A DNA stretch of 64,000 bases, from assembly GCF_009914755.1 (NCBI RefSeq), contig NC_060932.1; one strand, written 5' to 3'. Positions 12,277 to 25,345 of this stretch are shown here, piece by piece (the stretch's first letter is position 1; each line of letters begins with the position of its first letter). The notes below the pieces were generated by a model that saw only the letters and a list, made by a program, of their open reading frames with translations, ran no database searches and was not told the origin of the DNA. The translations under genes and the position numbers were made by a program. This DNA comes from the human T2T-CHM13v2.0 reference genome, Homo sapiens.

Positions 12277-15200
12277 AGTAGAAGAAGGACAATTGCAAGG
12301 GCCACCGTGAGCTCCGTGTTTCACACTCAAGTTCTACAGGGAAGTGGCGAAAGGGCCGCATGACTATGAGGGTGCAATGGGCCCCTAGGAGACTTGCCTC
12401 GGGCCATGTCCTAGGGTTTTTTAAAGCCTTGTGGCAGATGTGCTGGTGAGCAACATGCAGCAGTTCCATCAGGACAGAGTGACTCACCAGAATGTGGAAA
12501 AAAATATGTTTCACAACTTAAGAGCGAATAAAGCTGTGGCTATGCTCCTCCACCCCGTATAACCAGTGTGGGTCAGGTATTTCAGTATGGAATACATGCT
12601 TTTATGTCACATCAAGCAATTTTCATCTAGCTTTAGTCATCAAGTATAAGCAATACTGAGGCTTTTAACAAGGTAATATATACTAAATTTCCTCTCAAAG
12701 TAAGCACAGACGAATCAAAAAATAACAAGGAGAGGGCGAAGCATCCTAAACTAAACATAATTATTCTTACACTAGAAAGAAAGACCATTTTTTTACACAG
12801 GCAGTAAAACTCCAAGATGTTCTCATCCATTTGTGTCGGAAAGAAAATGACAGACAAAGAGAGAAGAATTGTTAGCCATGAAACCACAGCAGTACTTTTA
12901 TCTGAATTTTGAATTAAAAAGCCAACATATAATTTCTTTAAAATTGTTTAAATTCTTACTTGTAAAGCAGTTGGAAAATGAGCTCCAAACCAGCTGAAGG
13001 GAAACGTCGTCTGACAATTTTGAAGAACTCACATCTAAAACCTTGACACATACAAAGCATTAAAAAAAGGAAAGAAAACTTTCCACAAACTTTGAAGCCA
13101 CGTGACTTCAACTTTAGTCCCTGTAGCAACTTCTCCTTTTCCCCTGTTTGTTCATATTCAAAACTCTCATGCTAATGTATACAGATTTACCTATTATATG
13201 AAAGGGATTTGCATTCAGTTCTCTGTGTAAGACTGAATCAGAAATTAAGTAATAACTTTTTGTGAAAAATTGAACTTGTTTCTTTATGACTTTCTTAATT
13301 ACTGTAAAGACTACAGCCTGTCATCTTATCGAGCAACTGAGATTTTTTAATTGCTCTTTGACATCTTTGCTATGTGTTTCACCTAATTCATCAGAAACTG
13401 TCATGATTCAATGGTATAAACAATAAACAAAAATCCAGGAGGGGAAATGCAAGAGAGAAACCCTGGCACGGGCATGGCTGCAGCCTCAGAGTAGGACCTT
13501 CTGCAGGGGCTGCCGGAGTCCGTCAGAGAAAACATACCACGGGGGTCTTGTACAAAGCACTATTTGGTGTGGTGTTTGACATTTTGCATTACCTTTAGTT
13601 ATGTAGCTATAACTAGAAAAGCAAATTCCACACATATATTACTGACTTTAAATATTTGGGATCCAAATGAACTAGGTGGGATAAATCTTTTTTTAGAAGT
13701 TACTATTATGGAAAAGCAAATACACACAAAAGCAAGCAAACAAACAGAAACCCATGTCTAAGTATTAGAATTGGGTTCAATACTTCTCAAACTAGGTTTA
13801 CCTGTACCACACTTTGATTAATATAGGAATTTCCTTCTCTTTCATCTTGTAAAACACCAATGTTGTTGTATAATTAAGTGAATAACAAAGTGATAGAAAA
13901 AAATCTTTAGACAGTTCTTTTGTTAAGTAAAAGCTTCAGGCTTATTTCTGCCAATAAATTTGACAATGTAAATAAAGATTATTGGCACAATCCAAATTGA
14001 TCAAAATGTGCAAGAAGTTTGGGGGAGGAAGTTGAAGATAAGTCTTCCCTTAGCTTTTGTTTTAAAGCACAAAACTTTTGTTTATAAACCCAGCCCCAAT
14101 TTTTCGAATAAATAATGGAGCTAAATGGCATATATTTATCAACATCTCTAGTGACATTTACTGATCATTTATTTTTTAAATAACTAAGATTGCTTTTCTA
14201 GAATGGTTAAAAAAACTGTGTTAAAGTTGTTTTTCAAAAATCATTTTGAGAAACTGTGCTTTGAATACAGCAATAATAGGCAAACAGACTTGAAGTTACT
14301 AAAAAGCTAAACTAAAGCATTTGCTCTTGAGATCATCTCATTAGATTCCATGTTATTCAAGATAGCCATCAATGTTGAGCCAACTTCAACTATGTAATTC
14401 CTGAGAAAATGGCAATTGAAAAATATCCATCACCAATTTCAGTCATTTGATGCAACTTTCATCCAAAAGCAAGATTTTTTTGCTCAGAAGTACAGTCATA
14501 ATTTCAACATTGTCCTTGTCTATGAAATTTGGAAAAATAACAATGCATGTTATTATTAAAGCTTAGGACAGGTGTTCAGAGTGAGTTTTATTATGAAACA
14601 GTTTGGTGCTAGCTCTGGATAGTATTAATACCTGTAACCAAATATATTTGAAAAGCAAATACCCAGCACCCTGTTGCTATAGAAATAAAGCAAATAATAA
14701 TAAAAGGTGGGGTTCTCTTTCATTACATCTTAGGCTAGCTCTTGAAAACACCGTATTTCTGCCTCAAGCAACAATCAAAAAGAGTGGAAAAGTAACTGAA
14801 CTTTTATAAAACTTTAAAATTCAACTTTCATAGCACTTCGTGGTAAGATTCAAATCAGTTCATATATTATTTAAAATTCTGATAAGTGGCTTAAAATTCT
14901 AAATTATGCTTAAAATGTCTTTTGAAATATCTATTACATTACAATTTTTCAGTGGATAACTTAAGTGCTACTTTAGAATCAAGGAACAATACCTTGAGGT
15001 GTGTTAAACTTTGGAAATTTACTTGGAACCCAAGTGCATTAATAAAACAAAATCCAAACTAGCAGTCAAATCAGGCAGAGCAAGACTCCAGCAGTTTCAA
15101 AAACATTTGCATGAGAACTTTGCATTCGTTAACATGAACAAAATTGTCCTTTCAGCCACATGGTTAGGAATGAGAATTCCATCATGAGCAAGAAAATAAG

Positions 15201-15393
15201 TATTAAACCAGAGAGTAAAAATGAACCTTCATCATATTTATTATATTTGGTTCAAGACCATTCTAGACAATGACTGCTTTGATAGAGACATTTTGAAATG
15301 GTTCAGACCTTAAGGAAGTAAAAAATTAACATAATGACACCCAAATAAAGTTAAACAAGTTAAACATAAAACAACATATCTGATCTTCTAGTA

Positions 15394-15882
15394 CAGCAGT
15401 CCCCAACCTATCTGGCACCAGGGACTGGTTGTGTGGAGGACAATTTTTTCACAGATGGGGTGGCAAGGGGGATAGTTTTGGGATGATTCAGGTGCTTTAC
15501 ATGTATTGTGCACTTTATTTCTATTATTATTACATTGTAATATATAATGAAATAATTCTATAACTCACCATAATGTAGAATCAGTGGGAGCTCTGAGCTT
15601 GTTTTTCTGCCACTACAGAGTCCCATCTGGGAGCGATGGGAGACAGTGACAGATCATCATGCGTTAGATTATCTTAAGGAGCAGGCAACCTAGATCCCTC
15701 ACATGTGCAGTTCACAATAGGGTTTGTGCTTCCATGAGAATCTAATGCCGCCGCTGACCTGACAGGGGACAGAGCCCAGGCAGTAATGCTCACTTGCCTG
15801 CCGCTCACCTCCTGCCATGCAGCCCAGTTCCTACAGGCCACGGCCCAGTATCAGTCCACAGCCCAGGGGTTGGGGACCCCTG
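15394..15882 (+). mobile_element. MER1A hAT-Charlie non-autonomous DNA transposon
   Basis: TIRs cagcagtccccaacc / ggttggggacccctg; perfect 8-bp TSD TTCTAGTA (15386-15393, 15883-15890). Confidence 0.95.
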
Positions 15883-17344
15883 TTCTAGTATACTGCACAC
15901 ATTTTTTTAACATTTGGTATAATTGCCACTAACTCACTTACCTAACAAACTATAACCTATGTTACGCTTTCCCCAATTGTGGAAATGCTGTAGAAGGTAA
16001 GTACTGCCACATTTTAGAGGAAGAGCAAGCTCCCACTGAAGGGAAGTCCTGCAGAAGGTGCTTGACACATGCTGGTGGAATGAGTGATGGCGTGAATGGG
16101 TGAGTCCTACTTTGTGATTATGTCAGAAAGCAACAACAGCCTCTCATGCTTATGTCAGAGCACAACACAAGCTATTTGGTTTCCTTATGTGAGGCCTCCA
16201 TGTTATCAAATCCAGAAACAACTTTGAAAATGTCACTCTTAGCATGATTTCAATAGCATAAATACCAAAATATCAGCAAAGTCTACCCAGTGATGGACAA
16301 GGTAAAGATCATGTGCATTTCCTCAACAAAAGCTGCTGGTTGGGTTACTTACTCTCACAGGATCTGACGTAAATGTCTATCCATGAGGTACATAGATATT
16401 TGAGATATCTTCCTTTTTTTTTTTTTGGTCTTTGATGTTTCTTAATTCCTTAATATACATGAAGAAGTGAAATACCATTGAGGAAGTAGTTCAGTGTTGA
16501 CTTCAATTAGGATAGGATTGTTAAACTTCATTGCTTGTGTTTGTAGTGTTTAAAACTCGTAAGTGGTATAACAGTACACTGCAGTATTTTGGTAATTTTC
16601 ACAGTAATATGCCACTCTCATCCCTGTTCCTGTATGACCTGTGGTGGTTAATAGCATCATTATGGATCCAGGAAGAACCACCCTTCTTTTTCCTTTTTAC
16701 AGAACATTGTATTGGCCAGACAATCTCACAAATTTCATCCATGAAACACATTCATCTCAAATTTGCTTCCTCTCTCTCAACTACCTTGATTCAAGCCCTC
16801 AAAATCTTTTGCCAAGACTTTGTAATTGACCTGCTGACCTCTTCACATTTCAACCCTCCTGCCACTGGAGCTAACAATGATGCAGGCATGCCACTCATCT
16901 AAGGAATCAGATCCACACTTTTTAAACTTTTGGTAAATGTACCGCATAATCTGGAACCAGTTGACTTTTGTAGGCTCATCTTTTCACTACATCCTGGCTC
17001 TGGGCACTCACAGCACCCTGATCCCAAACACTTTATACCTGTCTCTGTGTGTGTCATTTGAGAGCCTTACACAAAATAAAACTTTGCTTGATACATATGC
17101 AAGACATTTGCTTCTGCTTTAAAATAATGGAGCAAATACAGTGAAAGTTACATACAGTACTAAGTATAACACAGTATAACATTTCTAAACAGTTTATAAC
17201 AACTTAGACTGGAGAGACAGGGATAGGCTGGGTGATTTTCATAAATGTTTCTCTTATTTTGGTTCATAAAGCCTACTCTTTATCTGTCCTAAAGGGATAT
17301 TTTCAGAGCAAAGGACAAGACAAAACGAGTTTAAACTGCACTCA

Positions 17345-17647
<303 letters not shown>

Positions 17648-17655
17648 GGCAGTTT

Positions 17656-17960
17656 GGCTGGGCATGGTGGCTCCCACCTGTAATCCCAGCCACTAGGGAG
17701 GCTGAGGCAGGAGGATTACTTGAGCCCAGGAGTTGGAGGCCAGCGTGGGCAGCATAAAAAGACCCCCATGTCTATTAGCCAGGCATAGTAGTGTGTGCCT
17801 ATAGTCCCCGCTACTCAAGAGGCTGAGGCGAGAGGATCACTTGAGCCCCAGGAGTTTGAAACTGTGGTGAGCTATCATTGTACCACTGCACTCCAGCCTG
17901 AGGAACAGTGTGAGAACCTGTCTCTTAAAAAAAAAAAAAAAAGAAAAAAGAAAAGAAAAG
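17656..17960 (+). mobile_element. AluJo/Jr-like, in tandem with previous Alu; middle A-linker deleted
   Basis: ggaggattacttgagcccagg in both arms; A/AAAAG tail. Confidence 0.95.
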
Positions 17961-18154
17961 AAATGCAACTGATCAGGAGGAAGAACATTCAAGAATCAAC
18001 ATTCAATAGTGAGTTCGTCAATACTCAACCGTGAAATTAATAAAAATAAAAACTAATAAGTAATATATAATCAACCAGGACAGCATTCTATCAAACAATT
18101 ATGTATCAAATTCAGAATAGAAAATTATCAACAAACTTTAGAGTGAAGATTTCT

Positions 18155-18218
18155 CGATCTCCTGACCTCGTGATCCACCCGCCTCAGCCTCCCCGGCGTG
18201 AGCCACTGCGCCCTGCCA
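18155..18218 (-). mobile_element. 64-bp tailless 5' fragment of AluSc/Y with 15-bp TSD
   Basis: Minus strand ggcagggcgcagtggctcacgcc...gatcacgaggtcaggagatcg; AGAGTGAAGATTTCT at 18140-18154 and 18219-18233. Confidence 0.93.
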
Positions 18219-19529
18219 AGAGTGAAGATTTCTAAGTGGATTTAAGAGATCTTATTGAAAAATATGTTCCTCAATTTTTTTTCTTTGTAATTGAATATTC
18301 GTCATCTTAGGAGGCTGACAAAATCTAAATAATTTTAGACGACTTACCAAATTGTCTTTTTGTCACCTTCATTTGATAAATAAGTTAGATGCCCATAATC
18401 ATAATCAACTAACTGAATCTGAATCTGCTCAAAAGCAATTTTGTTAATAATAATTTTTTTGCCATTTTATTAACATATTTTCAGCACAGGCTAATATTAT
18501 CATACTAGCTCGTATTTTCAGCATTAGCTAATTTCCAAAAGGAATTAAGTTCTAGTAACAACTTTGAAGTTTGTATTTCTCTGTTTTTTTTTTAATTTGG
18601 TTCAATTTTAAATCAAAATTAAGCATAAGTTAATTTCAGTTTGAAAATGAAAACTGTCTTGCATGGCTTTCTTCATTTGATTTATGGTCTCATTAAGTCT
18701 ATGATGACGCATACCCTCCATGGAGGTGACTAGGTCAAGCTCCCAGTCATTTTCCAAACTGACTTCAGGAATTTTCAAAAGTATCATTTCAGGGAGAGGA
18801 ATTTTAAATTTGCAATGTAGAGTACAAAAAAAATACTTTTTTTATTGTGTTTAATTGTGATTACATTGGTTTATAAATTTAAGATAGACAAATCATGTTA
18901 CCGTGGCTATTCTATAAATACATGATTTTTTAAAAGGTTTTTTTAATTACTTTGTGTTGTACCACACTTTAAAAACTTGACAAAAGAAATTATCAGACTA
19001 TCCTAGCATTTTTCATCATAATTTACACTCTCCCCAACTTGAACTCTATAGGACATTTTTCTTTACACTTTCATTTTAAAGTGGTTATTTTCCTTAAAGA
19101 TAAAAACAGGGAAAAACATAAAAGAAAGCAGTGTTTCATGTTTCTCCTGAAATAGCTGAACACTTAGTCATTTTCCTAAGAAGCCACTTCAATACAGAAC
19201 AAAAGAAAACTTTGGATTAGACAGATGGCTTTATTTACTTAGGTAAAGTTCACATCTGAGGATCTTGTCCGACTTGTAAAACTGCATTGTCCACATGAGA
19301 TTGCCAAGCAGTGTTGTGTGGTGCACAAATACTCATGCTGCATGAAGGGCCGCCACGGGGTGTGTCTTCACCCTGGGAAGGTGGCACTCCCGCCCCCTGC
19401 AGCTCCCTCCCTGCTCTGCCAGGCAAGTCCCCTGCGGTCGCCCCTGAACAGGAAGCACTGACCACTGCCTGCCGTTCCAGGCAAAGGAGGTCCTGTAATC
19501 AGCGCCTCCTTCACTCATGACAAGCCTGA

Positions 19530-19880
<351 letters not shown>

Positions 19881-20236
19881 TGAGAAAAGGATTTCTAAAG
19901 ACCTGACTCTTGTACTGCATTCAAGAAATAGAACAAAAGATTAATTATGCACATTTGGTGCTGCCCATTTGCTCAGACCAACAACTTTCACTGGATGTTT
20001 GTCCACACAGAGGCATCTCCCATCATTTTGTCTCAGCATCCGCGAACTTGCTCTCCTGTTCATGCAGCAGAACAAACTGACAATTAAAAACCAAACTTTC
20101 TCCCTTTCTCAATATCTATTTCTTTAATTATATTGATTTAATTGTTACATGCGCTTTTAAATTGTGGTTAATTATTTAAGTAACAATCGTTTCCATTTCT
20201 AAATACGCCTATCGGTGGTAGGTGAGCCCTTGTAGG

Positions 20237-21425
20237 TACTTTATTTTTAAGGCAAATTTAAGTTCACAGTAAAACTCAGTGGTAAGTGAAGAGATTTCCC
20301 AAATACCTCCTGCCTCACACTGCACAGCCATCCCTGTTACCGATAAGCCCTGCGGAGTGGCAATATGATGCAATTGATGAACCTACACTGACACACCATT
20401 ATCACCCAGAGTTCATGGTTTCCGTTCGGGTTCATCAGGGTGTTGTACACTCCATGGGTTTGGATAAACATATAATGACATGTATCCAACACTCTGCTGT
20501 CATGCAAAGTATTTCACTGCCCTAAAAATCCTCTGTGCTCGCCTATTCATCCCTCCCTCCTCCTTAAACCCTGCCAACCACTGATCGTTTTTACTGTCTC
20601 CACAGCTTTGCCTTTTCCAGAAAGTCACATAGTCAGAATCGTAAAGTATATAGGCTTTTAGACTGGCTTCGTTCACTTAGCAGTCTTCATTCAAGTTTCC
20701 TCCACGTCTTTTCATGCCATGGTATCTTACTTCTTACTGCTGAGTAGTATTCCAATGTCTACAGGTACCACAGTTTATTTATTCATTCTCCTACTGAAGA
20801 ACAACTTGGTTGCTTCAAAGTGTGGGCAATCAAGATTAAAGCTGCTGGCCAGGTGCAGTGTCTTACGCCTGTAATCCCAGCACTTCGGGAAGCCAAGGTG
20901 GGCAGATCATAAGGTCAAGAGTTCCAGACTAGCCTGGCCAACATGGTGAAACCCCGTCTTTACTAAAAATACAAAAATTAGCTGGGCATGGTGGCACGTG
21001 CCTGTAATCCCAACTACTTGGGAGGCTGAGGAAGGAGAATCGCTTGACCCCAGTGAGCTGAGATTGTGCCACTGAACTCCAACCTGGGCGACAGAGTGAG
21101 ACTCCATCTCAAAATAGACTAAAATAAAATAAAACTGCTATGAACATCCATGTGCAGGTTTTTGTGTGGATATAAGTTTCCAAGGATCACAATTGTTGGA
21201 TGATATGGCAAGAGTATATTTACTTTTATAAGAAACTGCCAAATTGTCTTCCAAAGTGACTGTACAAGTTTTATGCCCACCAGCAATGAATGAGAGGTCC
21301 TGTTGCTCTGCATCCTCACCAGCATTTGTTGTCAGTGTTCTGGATTTTGGCCACTCTAATAAGTGAGTAGTGGTAAGTCACGGTTGTTTAAATTTGCATT
21401 TCCCTGATGGCATGTGATGTGGAAA
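20237..21425 (-). mobile_element. L1MC1-like 3' end interrupted by an Alu
   Basis: aattgatgaacctacactgacacaccattatcacccagag; aagaaactgccaaattgtcttccaaagtg; cccaccagcaatgaatgagag. Confidence 0.9.
20847..21132 (+). mobile_element. AluS (Sg-like) with small right-arm deletion
   Basis: Dimeric Alu; TSD aaa(g/a)ctgct. Confidence 0.95.
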
Positions 21426-21459
21426 CCCTATAGGTACAAGGCTTGCATTGTCTCAGCTC

Positions 21460-21585
21460 ATCCTATGGAGTATTATTTTGATCTTTGTTGCAAAGAGAAG
21501 GGAGGACAGTTGGAAAAGGTACGTGCCCTGCTCCAGGTCACACAGCTGGTCTGAATAACCCAGAGTGATTCTGGGAGTCAGCTGG
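21460..21585 (-). mobile_element. MIR relic
   Basis: gccctgctccaggtcacacagctggt core. Confidence 0.5.
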
Positions 21586-21659
21586 TTTACATCATCTGTT
21601 TGTTCATCAAACCTGCTGTGCACAGCAACATCCATGATACTAACTTGATTCCACACTTA

Positions 21660-22378
21660 ATGCATCAGCAAACACTATCAGCTCTACCTTAGAAATATCT
21701 GTGGAATTCAACTCTTTTTCACCATCTCCACAGCCTGGGCCCAGCCATTGTGGCCTCTCGCCTGAATTAGAGCAGAAGCCTCCTAACCATCCCGCTAGTG
21801 CCTCACCTCTGTGGGTCTACCCTACACACACCTGCCACAGGAACCAACGAAGACCCAACCTGATATCCTCCACTCAGGACCCTCCAGGGGTTGCAAGTAC
21901 CCCAGGATGCAGTCCCAAATCTTTGCTGTGCCCTGGAGAGCTCTGTCTGTCTGTCTTGCCCCAACCCCCTCTCCCCTCCTCCCCTCCTGGCAGCTCCTAG
22001 AGCAGGTCAGGAGGGTTCTGCCTCAGGGCCTTTGCAATCACCCCCTCTCTACCTGGAAGGCCCTTCCCCAGATGTCCCAGTGGCTCACTGCTGCTCCTCA
22101 TCAGAAATCTGCTCCACTGTCGCCTCAGCCTAGTGGCCTTCCTCCAGCACCTGGAAGGAAAGAGCACCCTCCAGGATTGGGCTTTGTTTCTCTTCATAGC
22201 AACAGCTCTCCCCTGCACATTAGGTGTTCACATGTTTACTGTCTGCTTCTTTAATGGAATGTAAGCTCCGAGAGACCAGCAATTTCAACTTCTCTGTTTA
22301 CTGCTGTATTTCCAGTGCTGAGATGTGCTTGGCACAAGATAGGCCCTCAGTACCAATTAACTGATTGAATGAATGAAT
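21660..22378 (+). mobile_element. L2a 3' end
   Basis: tggaatgtaagctccgagagaccagc...tgcttggcacaagatagg...tgaatgaatgaat tail. Confidence 0.85.
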
Positions 22379-22423
22379 CTTTATTTCTGACCTCAGAGAA
22401 ACTCCAGCAATTTAGTACCTACT

Positions 22424-22776
22424 TGCTACAGTTTGGACACCGGTGGTTTGTCTCAACCAGAGCTCCTGTTAAAATTTGGTCCCTGGTGTGGCAGTGCTGG
22501 GAGGTGGGGCCTAGTGGGAGGTGTTTGGGCCATGGGGGTGAAACCTTCGTGAGTGGCTTAGTGCTGTTCTTACGGCAGTGAGTGAGACCGTGATTGGTTC
22601 TCACAAAAATAAATTATTTTGACCTAGCACATGGCCCCCATCAGGAGCTAAGCAGGTACTGGGACAATGCTTCTCATACTTCCCAGCCTACAAAACTTGA
22701 GCTAAATAAATTTCTTTTCTTTATAAATTACCCAGTCTCAGGGATTCTGTTACAGCAACACAAAACGGATGAAGAC
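22424..22776 (+). mobile_element. MST-family MaLR solo LTR
   Basis: tgctacagtttgga...gaggtggggcctagtgggaggtgtttggg...ataaattacccagtctcagg...gcaacacaaaacgga. Confidence 0.88.
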
Positions 22777-22884
22777 TCTATTCTAGGCTACACGATACAC
22801 AATAGTAGAACCCACAATATGTCACCATTATGCCAACTTCATCCAGAGATCCATGTTTCTAAGATTCTGTGGGACCTGATTAAG

Positions 22885-23100
22885 TAGGCTGTGGTCAAAT
22901 AACTTTGGGAAACACTGGCTTAAATGCCATTAAGGAGATATATTTACTGCAGGACTTCTCAGTGCTTTTAATGTGCTAATACATGTTGATCTTATACAAG
23001 AAAGAAACAATACCTGCAGCAAATCCCAAATTGAATTGACCATGGGACTCTTTTGCCATAGGCAATTAATATTCCAATGCACTCTGCAGAATGCTAAGCT
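22885..23100. mobile_element. hAT-Charlie-derived relic (Charlie4z-like)
   Basis: gtggtcaaataactttgggaaacactgg...ttactgcaggacttctcagtgcttttaatgtgctaat. Confidence 0.55.
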
Positions 23101-23145
23101 AGTTCTTCCAGCGCCTTAATGATTAAAGAGTGATCATTCGGCTAC

Positions 23146-23458
23146 TTTTTTAAATTTTATTTTATTTTTATTATTTTTTTAATTTTTATTATTTTTATTT
23201 CAATAGTTTTTGGGGAACAGGTGGTGTTTTGTTGCATGGTAAAGTTCTTTAGTGTTGCTTGCTGAGATTTTGGTACACCCGTTACCTGAGCAGTGTACAC
23301 TGTCCCCAATATATACTCTTTTATTCCTCACTTCCCTTTTACCCTTCCCCCTGAATTCCCAAAGTCCATTGTATCATTATTATGCCTTTGCATCCTCATA
23401 GCTTAGCTTCCACTTATAAGTGAGAACCTACGATGTTTAGTTTTCCCTTCCTGAGCTA
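23146..23458 (-). mobile_element. L1PB1-like 3' end
   Basis: tcaatagtttttggggaacaggtggtgttt...cctttgcatcctcatagcttagc...ttataagtgagaac. Confidence 0.9.
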
Positions 23459-23460
23459 TG

Positions 23461-23748
<288 letters not shown>

Positions 23749-23775
23749 TTTTTGGTTTTTTGATAAGAATTTATA

Positions 23776-24099
<324 letters not shown>

Positions 24100-24169
24100 T
24101 CAGGTTCAACTCTATTAGTAATAATCATCCTACAGAAAGAGCAACCAAAGGCTCCTAAGAAGTGATAGC

Positions 24170-24308
24170 CAGCTGGGTATAGTGGCTCATGCCTCTAATC
24201 CCAACATTTTGCAAGGCAAAGGCAGGAGAGTTGCTCGAGCCCAAAACTTTGAGACCAGCCTGGGTAACAGTGACACCCTCCCTCTACAAAAGAAAAAAAA
24301 AAAGAAAT
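24170..24308 (+). mobile_element. FLAM / Alu left monomer
   Basis: cagctgggtatagtggctcatgcc...gagaccagcctgggtaac...A-tail. Confidence 0.85.
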
Positions 24309-24789
24309 AACTGTCAATCTGGTGTGGTTTGCTCTGTGCCACAGGCTGCCCCTCAGCACGGTGTGCATCAGACAACGTTCCCCTGCAGAGCTCCCCTTCC
24401 TCAGCCTGCTCTCCATGCGGGGGCCTCAATGCCCACACTTGGGGCCCCCAGTTGCCCTGGCGTGCTTCCCAGAATGCCCCTTCCCTTTAGCACCCCCTGG
24501 GACCTAGGATCATCAGAATCTTCTTCCCTCATCTCCAGAATCTGCGCTCTGGAACCTGCTGCACCCATCTGATTAGCATTCATCACTAATAGTCCAGCAA
24601 AATCCTTCCCTTCATAGATGATTTCAGTACTTCTCCCAGTGTGTTTTGGTGCCTTAACAGACTGGACTGCCCAGAGTGACTTTTAACTCACAAGCATAGA
24701 GTCTGGGGGAATATTTGCTTGGAGGCAAAGGGGCATTTCACATCCATCCTAAATGTTCTGATATTTGAGTCCCTACTCTTCTGCCAGTG

Positions 24790-25200
24790 GCTGCACTAAG
24801 CCTTTATTCCTACATGATCTCTAATGCCCACAGGAACCCTCTGTAGATATTATAATATCTACTTTTTAAAGATGGATGCTGAGGAGCAGAGAGAACTTGC
24901 TCAAGGTCACATGGTCAGTATGGAATTCTCAGTGTGTCACCACTTTCCCCAAAACCCTCTCTTTCTCTCCAAGACACCCAGGTCCTCCCACAGCGGGTCC
25001 CACTAGCAGAGACCTTGCTACCTGCCAGGCCCTGCACAAGGCACCCTGGTCAATCTGTTGGGCAACATAAACCTTCAAAGAGTAAACATTGGTCATTAGT
25101 GAGTGAACCAGCACCCTCTAGACATAATTATTCCCATTCCACATATGTGGAAACTGAGGGTACAAACAGTTGAAAGAATGATCACAAGGCACGTGACAAC
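24790..25200 (-). mobile_element. Two MIR relics
   Basis: gctgaggagcagagagaacttgctcaaggtcacatgg; cccattccacatatgtggaaactgagg. Confidence 0.6.
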
Positions 25201-25269
25201 ATCCTCATAGCCTTGCAGAGTGTGGCCTCTAGGAAGCATGCAATGCATATTTGTTGAATTAAAAATTAT

Positions 25270-25345
25270 GGAGGGATAGATGGGTGGGTGGGTGGATGGA
25301 TGGATGGATGGATGGATGAATGGATGTGTGGGTCGGGGGGGTGGA
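25270..25345. repeat. (TGGG)n/(TGGA)n microsatellite, probably grown from an L2 tail
   Basis: Direct reading; preceded by atatttgttgaatt. Confidence 0.85.

Noticed and set aside
18341-18430. Possible minus-strand coding exon (IQLVDYDYGHLTYLSNEGDKKTI) ending at TTG|GTAAGT
   Set aside because: Weak acceptor, no recognisable protein, and such donors occur by chance in 64 kb.
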